Shown here in pieces: positions 19,614 to 29,652 of a DNA stretch of 64,000 nucleotides. The notes under the pieces are model-generated. The model was not told the DNA's origin, did not search any database, and saw only the letters and a list, made by a program, of their open reading frames with translations. Source of the stretch: Candidatus Bathyarchaeota archaeon (GTDB lineage: Archaea; Thermoproteota; Bathyarchaeia; Bathyarchaeales; Bathycorpusculaceae); the NCBI GenBank assembly GCA_963775465.1, contig CAVZIW010000015.1, positions 4,217 to 68,216 on the forward strand, read 5' to 3'. Position 1 is the first letter of the stretch. Every line of letters begins with the position of its first letter. The translations under genes were made by a program, and so were the position numbers.

Positions 19614-20789
19614 TTGGTTTGTATGGTTGGCAAAATTAAAGTAGGCGATAAGGCGCCCAATTTCTGCTTGCCCGACGTAGAGAATAGACCCAGAAACCTA
19701 AAGGAGTTCTTGGGACAAAAAGTCATCTTGGTTTTTTCTGTTGCTGCTTTTACTTCAACATGCACCAAAGAGAAGTGTGAGTTTCGAGATTCGATGTCTC
19801 AGCTGATTAATTTGAAAGCTCAAGTAGCCGGAATAGACGTCAATGTTCCCTTCGTAAATAAAGCGCTTGCCAAGCAACGGAGGTTAAACTTTCCAATACT
19901 TAGCGATTACAATCGTGAAGTAATCAAGCTATTCGGTCTCGAAGAACCTGATTCCTTAGATGCTCAAGGAGAACTTAGACCTTCAATTTTCGTGCTCAAT
20001 GAAAACGGCATCGTACTTTACATGTGGCTTTCTAACGATCAGGTTCTTGAACCGAATTTTGAAGAAATAAAGAGAATTTTAGCTAACGGCAGATCGGAAG
20101 ATCAAGCGTCAAGAGTTACGCGTACTGTCATTACGATTTCAAGACAGACAGGCAGTGGAGGCGACGAAGTTGCCCAGAAATTAAGCAAGATTCTTGGTTA
20201 CTCCTACTTTGATAAGAATTTGTTGGTGAGCGAGGCTAAAAGCATCGGTGTTCCTGAACATGAAATTGCGGACTTTCCTGAACATGATTACCAAGTCAAG
20301 AGTGTTGTGGATAAAATTTTGCTTCGCAAAAGACCTGTAGCGATTTCTCTTGCCTCAAAAGACAATGCAATAGTTAGCAGGGCTCTTGACGAGGAGGATT
20401 GTTTGTCTGTTATTCGGGCGGTCATCAATAGCTTAGCCAGCAAAGGAAAAACAGTTATTGTGGGACGAGGAGGGCAAGCAATATTGAAGAACAAAGCAAA
20501 CGTTCTCCATGTTAGAATAGTTGCTCCCACGACGGTTAGGGTTAAAAATATCATGAAAAACCGCGGTCTAAACAAAGAAGAAGCTTTGAAGTTAATTGAA
20601 GACACAGACAAAGCAGAAGCTGAATACTTGCAGAGATTCTACAATGTTGATTGGAAAGACCCCGCCATATACGATATGGTGTTGAACATGTCAAAGATGA
20701 ATCTAAACGGCGCGGCAAAACTGATCGCTTCAGTAGCGTCTCCAGTGTCCAAGACCCGAAGTCCTAGCATTAAAACAAAAAAGTCTTAA
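19614..20789 (+). CDS. Peroxiredoxin-like (AhpC/TSA) domain fused to a cytidylate kinase-like domain
   Basis: KVGDKAPNFCL...AAFTSTCTKEKC...LSDYNREV, then ITISRQTGSGGDEVA...IVGRGG...RIVAP...D..YD.VLN. Confidence 0.85.
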   Translation: MVCMVGKIKVGDKAPNFCLPDVENRPRNLKEFLGQKVILVFSVAAFTSTCTKEKCEFRDSMSQLINLKAQVAGIDVNVPFVNKALAKQRRLNFPILSDYNREVIKLFGLEEPDSLDAQGELRPSIFVLNENGIVLYMWLSNDQVLEPNFEEIKRILANGRSEDQASRVTRTVITISRQTGSGGDEVAQKLSKILGYSYFDKNLLVSEAKSIGVPEHEIADFPEHDYQVKSVVDKILLRKRPVAISLASKDNAIVSRALDEEDCLSVIRAVINSLASKGKTVIVGRGGQAILKNKANVLHVRIVAPTTVRVKNIMKNRGLNKEEALKLIEDTDKAEAEYLQRFYNVDWKDPAIYDMVLNMSKMNLNGAAKLIASVASPVSKTRSPSIKTKKS

Positions 20790-21125
20790 AAAACAATATT
20801 CCCTTTTTACCTCTGTCTTCTTCAACTCTTGAAGAGATATTAAAAATTAATTTTTTATCTTTATTCTTAACAATTTAGTTTGCATCAAAAAAATCTCTGG
20901 TTAAATTTTTGCTAAACTTGTTTAAATATTATGTCGCAGTGGATTGTGTTCAATTAAGGCGTCGGGTAATTCACTGAGTTTGGTAACTCTGGCATAGGTA
21001 TCTTTTGATGCTGTCGAGGTTGCTCTGATAGCTATAGTTGGATTATTGTTTTTTTGGGAATATTGTTAACTTCAAAACTTTTCTTAAATACTTTATATTG
21101 ATTCTCGATATTTAGTTGAGGTTCA

Positions 21126-21827
21126 ATGCAGGAAACTAAAACTGACGAAATTACCCTACAAGTTCAGCTAGTTATTGCCGCTTTAAACGAAGAAGAAGGC
21201 ATCGGTGCAACAATCGCAGAAATGAAAGACACCTTAGGAGACATTTCAACCTTAGTTGTCGATGGCAAAAGCAAGGATAGAACGGCCGAATTAGCGAAGA
21301 ACATGGGTGCAGACGTTATTTATCAAGATGGAAAAGGCAAAGGCGACGCTTTTGCAAAAGCTCTACAGCATTTAGATCAAGCTGCTAAATACATCATTCT
21401 AACTGATGCTGACTTCACTTATCCTGCAGAGTATGTTCCAGATATGATAAAGATTCTTGATGAGAATCCAGAAGTTGGTATGGTCTGTGGCAACAGATTC
21501 AACGGGCATGTTGAAAAAGAAGCGCTTCATCGCGTTTTCCATGTTGGAAACAAGTTGATAGCGTTTGCACATAGATTGCTAAATGACGTTGAACTCGAGG
21601 ATCCGTTGACTGGTTTAAGAGTGATTCGAGTTGATGCATTGCGTGGCTGGCAGATAAAATCAAAGGGGTTCGACATAGAAGTTGAACTCAACAACTATGT
21701 TCTAAGAAAAGGCTATAGTGTAAAAGAGATTTTGATTGACTACAGAGAAAGAGTGGGAAAGAAAAAGCTTAAGGCACGAGATGGTTTTGCTATTTTCAAG
21801 AGGATACTAAAAGATGCCTTTTTTTGA
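21126..21827 (+). CDS. Glycosyltransferase family 2 (DPM synthase-like)
   Basis: IAALNEEEGI, VDGKSKDRT, GKGDA, TDADFTYP motifs. Confidence 0.9.
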   Translation: MQETKTDEITLQVQLVIAALNEEEGIGATIAEMKDTLGDISTLVVDGKSKDRTAELAKNMGADVIYQDGKGKGDAFAKALQHLDQAAKYIILTDADFTYPAEYVPDMIKILDENPEVGMVCGNRFNGHVEKEALHRVFHVGNKLIAFAHRLLNDVELEDPLTGLRVIRVDALRGWQIKSKGFDIEVELNNYVLRKGYSVKEILIDYRERVGKKKLKARDGFAIFKRILKDAFF

Positions 21828-22062
21828 ATATTTATCTAGTTTAAGCACATAGTCTTAGCAGAACTAGTTGCGCATCAATTTTTGGGTTTGGAAATAAATT
21901 CTAGTGCCCATTCTTCTCTGCCAACAGCTACAGGGTAACAGTAACCATAACAGGAACATACAAAGAAATAGTCAAGAAAATCAACTGAAGTATTAACATA
22001 AATGCAATCCAAACACCCATATAGTGGATGGTTCTGCTAGAGTCTTGAGTTGTATTTTGTTT

Positions 22063-22419
22063 ATGTCAAAGAATTTACCTAATAGAAAGAAGCACCAAGC
22101 AGTTGCAAGGATTTTAAGGACGGTGCCATACGAGGATGGTTTCATTTTTTATATTGATATTGGTCAACCTACCAAAAATATTGCTTCAAGTCTAGAGCAA
22201 TTCGCTAAGGAACTTTAAGTTGTCGACACAAAGTCAATTGACTTTCATTTTAAGAGAGCAGCCTTTCAAAAATGGGTTGGAAAAAATTTGGAAGATATCG
22301 AATTAACCCGTAGATTGGACAAAATTCCAAAAGACATGGTTGGCGAGCTACTGAGAATAAAGATTGTTGAAATTGTAAAAAATCGAAAAGATGAACTTAT
22401 AAAGTTTCAACTTTCATAA
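22063..22419 (+). pseudogene. DUF5752-family protein interrupted by in-frame TAA at 22216-22218
   Basis: ILRTVPYEDGFIFY...SSLEQFAKEL*VVDTKSIDFHFKRAAFQKWVGKNLEDIELTRRL continues in frame past the stop. Confidence 0.7.
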
Positions 22420-22545
22420 CTGCCCTTAGTTTAACAACAAACAAAGCGAACTTGAAGCTCTTAGAAAAAAATTTTTCAGGTTAAAAATAGAAAGTCCGCT
22501 ACTATCCCAAGGAAGAATGTGCCCTTGAAAATCAATTTTTTTCAG

Positions 22546-23388
22546 TTACAACTTTGTATTTAGCAATAGGTTTCTTTCTTTGAAGAATTCTAATGCTTCT
22601 TTCTTGTCCTTATGTTCAAAATCTCTATAGAGAACATCTATGAGGTCTTCCAAAGCAATCCATCTTACTGCTAACACGTTGTCTCTGATAGTTGAAAGAC
22701 TTCTCCACTCAATGTCTTCCTTTATCTTTTCTGGGTCAGTGTATTCCTTAATCTTGTAATAGTATAGTCTGCTTTTCTTGTCAAAGAATCTGCGAGGAGA
22801 CGATAGAATAATCAGTACTTCTTTGCCATTGTGTTCATTGAGTTCTAATCCAACGTCGATTAGTCTTGCCAATTGATTTCTGGAGGGGTTAAATGTAGTG
22901 TCGTATGCGATGTCTGAGGTGAACTTGATTTCGAAAAAGATAAGCATCTTGTCTGTTTCTATAAATGTGTCAACGTGTGTGTTTGATTCCAGTCGTTGAT
23001 TTGGCTTATGTGCGTTGGCTTGGTCTCTAATGTATTTCACAGGGTGATTTTTCACGTCATCCCTTATCCATTTCAAGTAGCCTTTTGGCGGTCTGCATTG
23101 TCGTTCCAGACCTACATCAACCACATTCTCTTCATATGCACTTACGTTAACCAAGCCAAGTATTCTGTTAATTAAGCCGACCTTGTTTAGACTCAATACC
23201 AAGGGCGAAAAGGTGTAGAAGGCTATGAGTTCTTCGGCTTTGTCGTATTGGTTCAGGTAAGCCTCCAAGTTCAGGTTAGTTGGGTTTCTTGCTATGTTTG
23301 AGTTATCAACCCACGCGGTTAATTTTTTTAAGCGGTCTTCTGGTGGATTGAAACAAGTCTTTATGGCTTCTTTGAAAAGTAACCTCAT
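22546..23388 (-). CDS. Orphan PD-(D/E)xK nuclease-like protein
   Basis: THVDTFIETDKMLIFFEIKF and RNQLARLID motifs. Confidence 0.55.
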   Translation of the reverse strand: MRLLFKEAIKTCFNPPEDRLKKLTAWVDNSNIARNPTNLNLEAYLNQYDKAEELIAFYTFSPLVLSLNKVGLINRILGLVNVSAYEENVVDVGLERQCRPPKGYLKWIRDDVKNHPVKYIRDQANAHKPNQRLESNTHVDTFIETDKMLIFFEIKFTSDIAYDTTFNPSRNQLARLIDVGLELNEHNGKEVLIILSSPRRFFDKKSRLYYYKIKEYTDPEKIKEDIEWRSLSTIRDNVLAVRWIALEDLIDVLYRDFEHKDKKEALEFFKERNLLLNTKL

Positions 23389-23804
23389 AGAGATTTGTTA
23401 AGTGACAACTGCTATTTTTCTTTTTCAGATAGCCAAGCCCAGATACTTGTCTATTTTGTATTTGGTAGTTTGTGTGTGTTTTCTATTTTTGTTTTTTGGA
23501 GAGAGAGTTGTTTAGTTTGAGTTGGGGATTATTATGTTTTAATTGAAAGAAAATGGCAATATAGAAATGTATGCTTGCTATACTTTGTATTGAGAGAATT
23601 TTGTGACTCATCTTAGATATTTTGATTCTCCTAATTGTGGGGGCTGCATGTATAAAGGAAGCAGTTATTGCTGGGGGCAATGCTCCCTAAACATTTGGAA
23701 AAAAGAACGAGAGTATTGATAATATTGAAATTTTTTATTTGCAAAAGCTTGCAGATGCTATATCTAAAGTTTTCTTGCTTTTTGCAAATTAATAACTTTA
23801 GAAG

Positions 23805-24134
23805 TTGAATACAGTTTTGGAAAAGACTAACAAACTCGATGTAAAAGTGGTTAACTTCAAAGGGTGTACACCAATTCAGGATGTTAATGTCAAAGTTTTC
23901 AAAATAGAAAAAGAACCAATAACACCAGAACAATGGGCTGAGAATCTGAAAAATGGATCTCCCTTCAAGAGTTTGGTTCTCTCCATGAACACCGACAACA
24001 ATGGTAAAATAACTGCCCAGATTCCATGGGGTTCTTACGAAGTTAAAGTAGAAAAATACGGGTTAAATCAGGTTTGCGAATTAAACCAAAATATTGAAGT
24101 TCTTTTAATTGTACCAAAAAAGCATTGGTCGTAA
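23805..24134 (+). CDS. Hypothetical protein, carboxypeptidase-regulatory/prealbumin-like fold
   Basis: TDNNGKITAQIPWGSYEVKVEK pattern; no signal peptide. Confidence 0.5.
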   Translation: MNTVLEKTNKLDVKVVNFKGCTPIQDVNVKVFKIEKEPITPEQWAENLKNGSPFKSLVLSMNTDNNGKITAQIPWGSYEVKVEKYGLNQVCELNQNIEVLLIVPKKHWS

Positions 24135-24450
24135 AAGCTTGAATCTTGTTAGAAGAAAATATTATAAAAATTTATCTAATGTAGCTTTGGCTGAATTCTA
24201 AATTAAACCCTTTTTTATAAAAATCTTTGACAAAGCTTAGTCCAAAAAACTTGACGACCTTTTAAAATATGTTTTCTCATATTGTTGTATCGTGTTGTGT
24301 TGTTGTGGGGGCTTAACGGTTAGTAGTACAGTAAGATTTTTTAGATTTAGAGAGAGCTTAAAAATTAATCTGCAAACCCAAACGATTAATCAAGCACTCA
24401 CACATAACATTATTTTTAACCAATGAATAAAATAAGGGTTCTTTTAAGAC

Positions 24451-24778
24451 TCATTTTTTAAAGCTCATTAGAACTTTTCTTTTATCCAAATAGGCTATTA
24501 GGAGCAATATTATGATTGCAAGTAAAACTACGGTTCCAGTAGTGGAGAGTATTGCATGGATCAAGTAGTAAGCTGTTTTTAGATGTACATACAGATAAAA
24601 ATTATTTATTGCATCGATAATTAATATTGCTTCTAAAGCTAGAATGCCTATTACGGTTAGTCGGTCTTTAGTTTTTTGTTTTAATGGATTTATCTTTTTT
24701 AACGCCTCTTGAGATTGTGGGATTTTAGATTCTTGGTATAGCTGATTTTACTCAGTATAGGTGATTTTTATGGCTCAA
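24451..24778 (-). pseudogene. Possible disrupted small membrane protein gene
   Basis: 98-codon start-less open frame (24747-24454) with two TM helices and a KRK tail; removing a 19-nt insert flanked by AAAATCA(C/G)CTATAC repeats joins it to TTG 24778. Confidence 0.35.
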
Positions 24779-25002
24779 CTTCTTTGAGCTCTACGCAGCT
24801 AATAGGTCCGAAGGTGAGTATTATATCCACGAATGAGTTTTAACTTTTTTCTCAAAAATAGAGGAGAGAGAGTAATAGTAAGTAGAAATTAGTTTTAGAG
24901 AGAAAGATCAAAATTTAATCCCCCAAACCTAACTATCTAATTACCCTCTAACTGACTCTCTCAACAAAAAATGCTATTTAGCTTTAAGCCGCTAAAAACC
25001 AG

Positions 25003-25533
25003 TTATTTTTGTTTATGATTCAAGCGTTTTATTCTGATGAATTTGTAGGCTATTGGAGCATAGACTGCTGCAATTCCCATAACTATAGCATACAATCCCA
25101 ATAATATGCGAGCAATTTCATTTGAAATCCATTGCACCAAGAATTTTAGAAAACCAGGTAACAATTCTGCAAAATACGTAAAATCAAAGGGAAAGACCAC
25201 TACCAGCCAAGTTGTAGCCACAGCAATAAAGATGATTCCGCCAAAAGCATCAAACAGTCGAGAGAGGAGTCTTTTGCCAAGTATACCTTCTAATCCAGAT
25301 GTAATAATCCAAGAAACCCAAGAACCATAGAGCATAATCATCTCTGTCGTGCCAAATCTTGAAGTGAAGAAACCTGTTGACCATACCTGATGAGCGGCCA
25401 AATACAAAATCATCAAAACGCTACCAGTAAAAAAGAATCCAACGCTAACAATGCGTTCGTTTTTTGGAATGCCTTTATCTGCTTCTGCCTTTCCTCTTGA
25501 AAGCCAGTTCTCCTTGGGTTCAGTGGTATTCAG
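25003..25533 (-). CDS. Hypothetical membrane protein, probable CTG start
   Basis: Frame open upstream of ORF-track start 25416 to a stop at 25578; AAGGAGG lies 7 nt before CTG 25533. Confidence 0.6.
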   Translation of the reverse strand: MNTTEPKENWLSRGKAEADKGIPKNERIVSVGFFFTGSVLMILYLAAHQVWSTGFFTSRFGTTEMIMLYGSWVSWIITSGLEGILGKRLLSRLFDAFGGIIFIAVATTWLVVVFPFDFTYFAELLPGFLKFLVQWISNEIARILLGLYAIVMGIAAVYAPIAYKFIRIKRLNHKQK

Positions 25534-26030
25534 TTTAGAGCCTCCTTCATTTTTTGCATTTCCTGGATAAGCACCTCAGCAAAAATGAAAACCAGTTAAG
25601 GCCACAATGATACTCATACTAAATCTCTTGTTTATACGTTTTCTCAGTCAGTATCTAAGTTCTCATTTCTATATTGTTTTGATTTTTCTGGTTTTTTTAC
25701 CCTTTCCATCAAAGCGGTAATAGGGGAAATTTCAGCAAAACCTGCAACAAAAGCACCTTGGGATACTTATTCTTCATAGCTTGGAAAAAGAAAGAAATGG
25801 AATTATACCGTGAGATGGCCAAAACTCAAACAATCAACAAGGTACCCAATTATCTAGACTTGCGCATGAACGATAATAAACGAGCCTGTTGAGCCATAAT
25901 GTCTATTGTTATTATGAGCAAATAACTCACTTTTGTCGGCAACATCACGATAGATGTGTGTGCATTATAGTTTAATCCCTATCTCAACCAATCATCATAG
26001 TTAGTTTTATAAACAAAATTCTACACCATA

Positions 26031-26495
26031 TTGTCAGGGATATTTTTGGGATCGTTGAAAACCATTATTGATGAGCTGACAAAACATAGTCTTTTGAAGT
26101 ACTTCATTATTCTTTGGGGTGCATCGATGTTTCTGTATGCGGTGTGTAGCCTTGGCACATATGGATTTGGTGTTGAAGATGCCTATGATGTCTTATGGAT
26201 ATTGGGCAATCTGTTCAACTTAGCTGCTGGCGTCTTATTGATGCTGTTTGGGATAAAGCTGCTGAGCGCTAATTTCCTATCTGGACTGAATGTTGAAAAA
26301 ACGTTAGTTTACTTCCTGCTATTATGGGCTGGGCAATTCTTTTTCTGGGGCTTATCTGACTTACTCTACTATGAAGGGATAGTATGTCTCTTGGCTTCTT
26401 TTGTTCACTTGATTGCAGGAATAGTATTAGCATTGTTTGCTTGGAAGTTGCTAACTGAAAAAGAACCAACTACACCGCCTCCGCCACCAACTTAG
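26031..26495 (+). CDS. Hypothetical four-TM membrane protein with Pro-rich tail
   Basis: Internal two-fold repeat (YFIILWGASMF / YFLLLWAGQFF); PPPPPT C-terminus. Confidence 0.65.
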   Translation: MSGIFLGSLKTIIDELTKHSLLKYFIILWGASMFLYAVCSLGTYGFGVEDAYDVLWILGNLFNLAAGVLLMLFGIKLLSANFLSGLNVEKTLVYFLLLWAGQFFFWGLSDLLYYEGIVCLLASFVHLIAGIVLALFAWKLLTEKEPTTPPPPPT

Positions 26496-26701
26496 GAATA
26501 CCAAAGAAAAACTCCTTTTTTTTCAATTGTCTGTTTTTAATTTTAATCGAACCCAATCCACTAAAATTGCAGCTTTCTAGCAAAAAACAAGTCATATTGA
26601 AACCGAAACTAAACTGCTGATACAAATGAGAATCATGAGAAGAAAGCTCAGATTACTCAACAAATTTTAATGACGCTTAAAAAATACTATGGGGGAAGTA
26701 A

Positions 26702-26977
26702 ATGAGTTTCGAAATAATGATTGAAATGGCTATCGGAATTGGATTGATAGCCACAACAACACTCTTGTTTGCAATTGTCCTGTTGGCATACCGAAGAATA
26801 CGAACAACTCGGATGTTATTCGTAACATTGGGGTTCGGAACTTTCTTTATCGCGGCAATTTTGCATATTCCTAAAATTCTAAGTGAACAATATAGCTTTA
26901 TGATGCCAGAAAACGTGTTTCTTCTCTTTCAGCTAGTAGGTTTAATTTTTATTGTTATCGGTGTGCTAAAGGATTAG
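26702..26977 (+). CDS. Small three-TM membrane protein preceding a wHTH regulator
   Basis: LAYRRIRTTRMLFVTLGFGTFF motif; 5 bp from the next gene. Confidence 0.65.
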   Translation: MSFEIMIEMAIGIGLIATTTLLFAIVLLAYRRIRTTRMLFVTLGFGTFFIAAILHIPKILSEQYSFMMPENVFLLFQLVGLIFIVIGVLKD

Positions 26978-26982
26978 GAGAC

Positions 26983-27537
26983 ATGTTTAAGAAAATTGTG
27001 CTTAAAAATTCAAAAAGAAAAAAAATTTTTGATCTTATCAAAAGCAATCCGGGACTTCACCTCAGAGAACTTCAAAGAAGATCAAAAATGGCCCTTTCAT
27101 CTCTAGAATACCATGTCGACTATATGGCTAGACACAACGTAATATATCGAGAAAGAGAGGGCGGTTTCACACGATATTTTGCTCAGCAACCTACAGAAGA
27201 GGAACATAAACTTATTTCAGCATTAAGACATGAGAAGATGCGAGAAATCGTATTAATCGTTCTCGAGAAAAAAGTAGCAAAATTTCAAGATTTAAAGGAT
27301 TATTTGAATCTTCCTTCTTCTACGCTCTCTTATTATCTCAAATATTTGATGGATAATTGCATCTTGATTAAACAACAGATTGGCTACGAAAGCGTCTATT
27401 CAATTCAAGATCAAAACGTCAGAAAAGCCCTTCTTATGGCCGAGTCAAGCTTCACCGACAAGCTCATCGACAAAGTCTTGCGTTCATTTATGGAAACAGA
27501 CTTCAAAAACCTAGCCCGAAAAACAACTAAAGATTAA
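26983..27537 (+). CDS. Double winged-HTH transcriptional regulator
   Basis: IKSNPGLHLRELQR...SSLEYHV...RYF, then a second HTH PSSTLSYYLKYL. Confidence 0.85.
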   Translation: MFKKIVLKNSKRKKIFDLIKSNPGLHLRELQRRSKMALSSLEYHVDYMARHNVIYREREGGFTRYFAQQPTEEEHKLISALRHEKMREIVLIVLEKKVAKFQDLKDYLNLPSSTLSYYLKYLMDNCILIKQQIGYESVYSIQDQNVRKALLMAESSFTDKLIDKVLRSFMETDFKNLARKTTKD

Positions 27538-27665
27538 CGATACTTCCGAAACAAAAACCTCAAGAAGTGACCCATGTTTATTCAAGGTTTGTCCTAGTTT
27601 GATACAATTTCTGTCCGTCTGCATTTAAATCTACTTTTCCACCATTTTTTTCTAGGTAATAAACC

Positions 27666-28082
27666 ATGAAGAAAATCTCTTTTGTTTTAGTAGCAGTTCT
27701 CTTAGTCTCTATTGCCGCAATTCAAGCTTCTGCGGCTATGGCAGTGCCACCTGCACATTCTAATGCGGGCGGTCGCGAATTCGGCGCGCTTTGGTACGAA
27801 GGATATCAGGTTAGAACTTTTGTCCCTAACGGGAAACCACTGAATAATCCAGGAACTGACCCTCTCTATGCGTTTCCAAACGGAGAGCAAAACAGCGTTA
27901 TTCAATTTGCCCCTGGCGACCCTGAGTATAATGGAGGACATTGGAAAGTCTATGTTGTCACTTGGAATGTAGCACCTTACTTAATTGAATCCTATGACGA
28001 ACTAATGACTGCAGCTGGTGATAGCGACGTGAATATCGATAGAATGCCAAACGCTGATGTTTTGTGCCCAGTAATGCCCTAA
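27666..28082 (+). CDS. Small secreted protein
   Basis: Signal peptide; APGDPEYNGGHW and C-terminal LCPV. Confidence 0.65.
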   Translation: MKKISFVLVAVLLVSIAAIQASAAMAVPPAHSNAGGREFGALWYEGYQVRTFVPNGKPLNNPGTDPLYAFPNGEQNSVIQFAPGDPEYNGGHWKVYVVTWNVAPYLIESYDELMTAAGDSDVNIDRMPNADVLCPVMP

Positions 28083-28611
28083 TCGCTCAGTGCAATCAAA
28101 CCACAAACATAAAGCAAAAAAAGTAACCCACTTTTTTCTATTATTTAGTGAAAGCATTAGACGTTACTAAAACTTTTTAATATCAACATAAAAATATGCA
28201 TTACTCTGATTATGGTTATTGGTGCACTTTTTATTTTCATGGAAATAGGTGAAGCCGTGGCTTTTAGTTAGTAGAGCAGTTGCTTTCGGTGGAACAAAAA
28301 AGATGGAAAACCTCAAAATATTCCCGTTTAGGGGTATCCAGAGTTTTTGCCGATTGAAGATTAAAAAACTGTACCTGCGGAGTTGGAATTATTCATTTTT
28401 TTAGTCTGCTAAAAAATAAAGTTGCGGTGTTGTTTGATAGAAAATTGAAATTTCTGGGTGATCTTGAGAGGTTGGTAGAACAACAACAGTTATTTTTTAG
28501 ATGTTGTTGTTCTAGCAGATAAAGAGTTTTCGGAAAAATAATGATACAACAAAATTCTGCACAACCCTCATCAACAAAAAACACCTTCACTATTCGTAAA
28601 ATGGTTAAGTA

Positions 28612-29163
28612 TTACCTAAGTCCTTTTCCGGCATCCCACGCTTTAGAAAATTTTTCTCCAAGTTTATAGTAGCTTCTATCGTTCATGACAAACAAGATGG
28701 GTTGCACTTTACCAAAGTCAACTTCGCCATCGGTAAGGACCTTTTCATCGCAATAAGTTGCGGCTACCTTACCTACGAAAACATCATGGGTTGGGAAATC
28801 AACTGTTTTGATTAGCTCGCATTCCATGTTAATGGTGCATTCTTCAATCATTGGTGCCGTCTTCAGTTTGCCATAAAAAGTCTTGAACAAGGCCGTTTTG
28901 TCTTTTATCTTTCCAGAGAACAATCCACAATAGTCTGTCTCTTTTACCATTTTGACTGAGGGAATGTTAACGCTGAATGTTCCGTTGGTCTTGATACCAG
29001 CGTTTGTGTAGTGACTTTTGTTCATGCCAAGAGAAACAGAGGACATATCCATTATGCCCACGTGAGCTATTGTTATGTAGTTTGGTTTGCCCTCTACCAT
29101 AGCTCCAACTATGGTTGTTGGCAGTGGATAAAGACAGTTTTTTGCTCCTAATTCTTTTTTCGT
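28612..29163 (-). CDS. Flavin reductase family protein (FMN-binding split barrel), probable ACG start
   Basis: GKPNYITIA, FSVNIPS, DYCGLFSG, APMIEEC..NMEC; conserved KKELGAKNCLYPLPTTIVGA lies upstream of ORF-track ATG 29100. Confidence 0.85.
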   Translation of the reverse strand, partial: TKKELGAKNCLYPLPTTIVGAMVEGKPNYITIAHVGIMDMSSVSLGMNKSHYTNAGIKTNGTFSVNIPSVKMVKETDYCGLFSGKIKDKTALFKTFYGKLKTAPMIEECTINMECELIKTVDFPTHDVFVGKVAATYCDEKVLTDGEVDFGKVQPILFVMNDRSYYKLGEKFSKAWDAGKGLR

Positions 29164-29424
29164 TTCCTCAACGCTCCACTAACCTGTTAACACAAGAGTT
29201 AATTAATTTAATTCTCTTCGAGTTGTACGCTCCATTAGCTGCATTCTAGTTGAATACACACCAAATCGTTGTTTTTGACAGAGATTTTGCTTCTGTTTTG
29301 GTTGACTTGGACTCTGAAACAGTAGTTTCCTGAAAGGGGCCTGATCTAAAAGTCCTGGTTGGATGGGTAGATTCAATTTTAGTTCACAAAAAGAGGTCGG
29401 GCGAGTTCTTTCGAGACATTGCTT

Positions 29425-29652
29425 TCATTTCGTCTGATATTCGAGGTAGAGTTTTCTGCCTTCAGCCGCAGCTATCAAGATGCCCAGGGTCCCTACTGCA
29501 ATGCCCGAAAAAGTGTTTGCAAAACTCAAACCTGGAATCAGAATTAGATCTATTTGTCCATTAGAAAGACCAAAAAGTAACCCTGTTATAGCACCAGAGA
29601 TTCCAATGGCAAATAAAGCAAGACGAACAACTGTTGCTTTCCCTATTTTCAT
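29425..29652 (-). CDS. Small two-TM membrane protein
   Basis: 75 aa, two hydrophobic helices. Confidence 0.55.
   Translation of the reverse strand: MKIGKATVVRLALFAIGISGAITGLLFGLSNGQIDLILIPGLSFANTFSGIAVGTLGILIAAAEGRKLYLEYQTK

Noticed and set aside
23483-23933. ORFs 23483-23680 and 23631-23933
   Set aside because: Low-complexity AT-rich translations with no recognisable motifs; the second overlaps a better ORF on the opposite strand.
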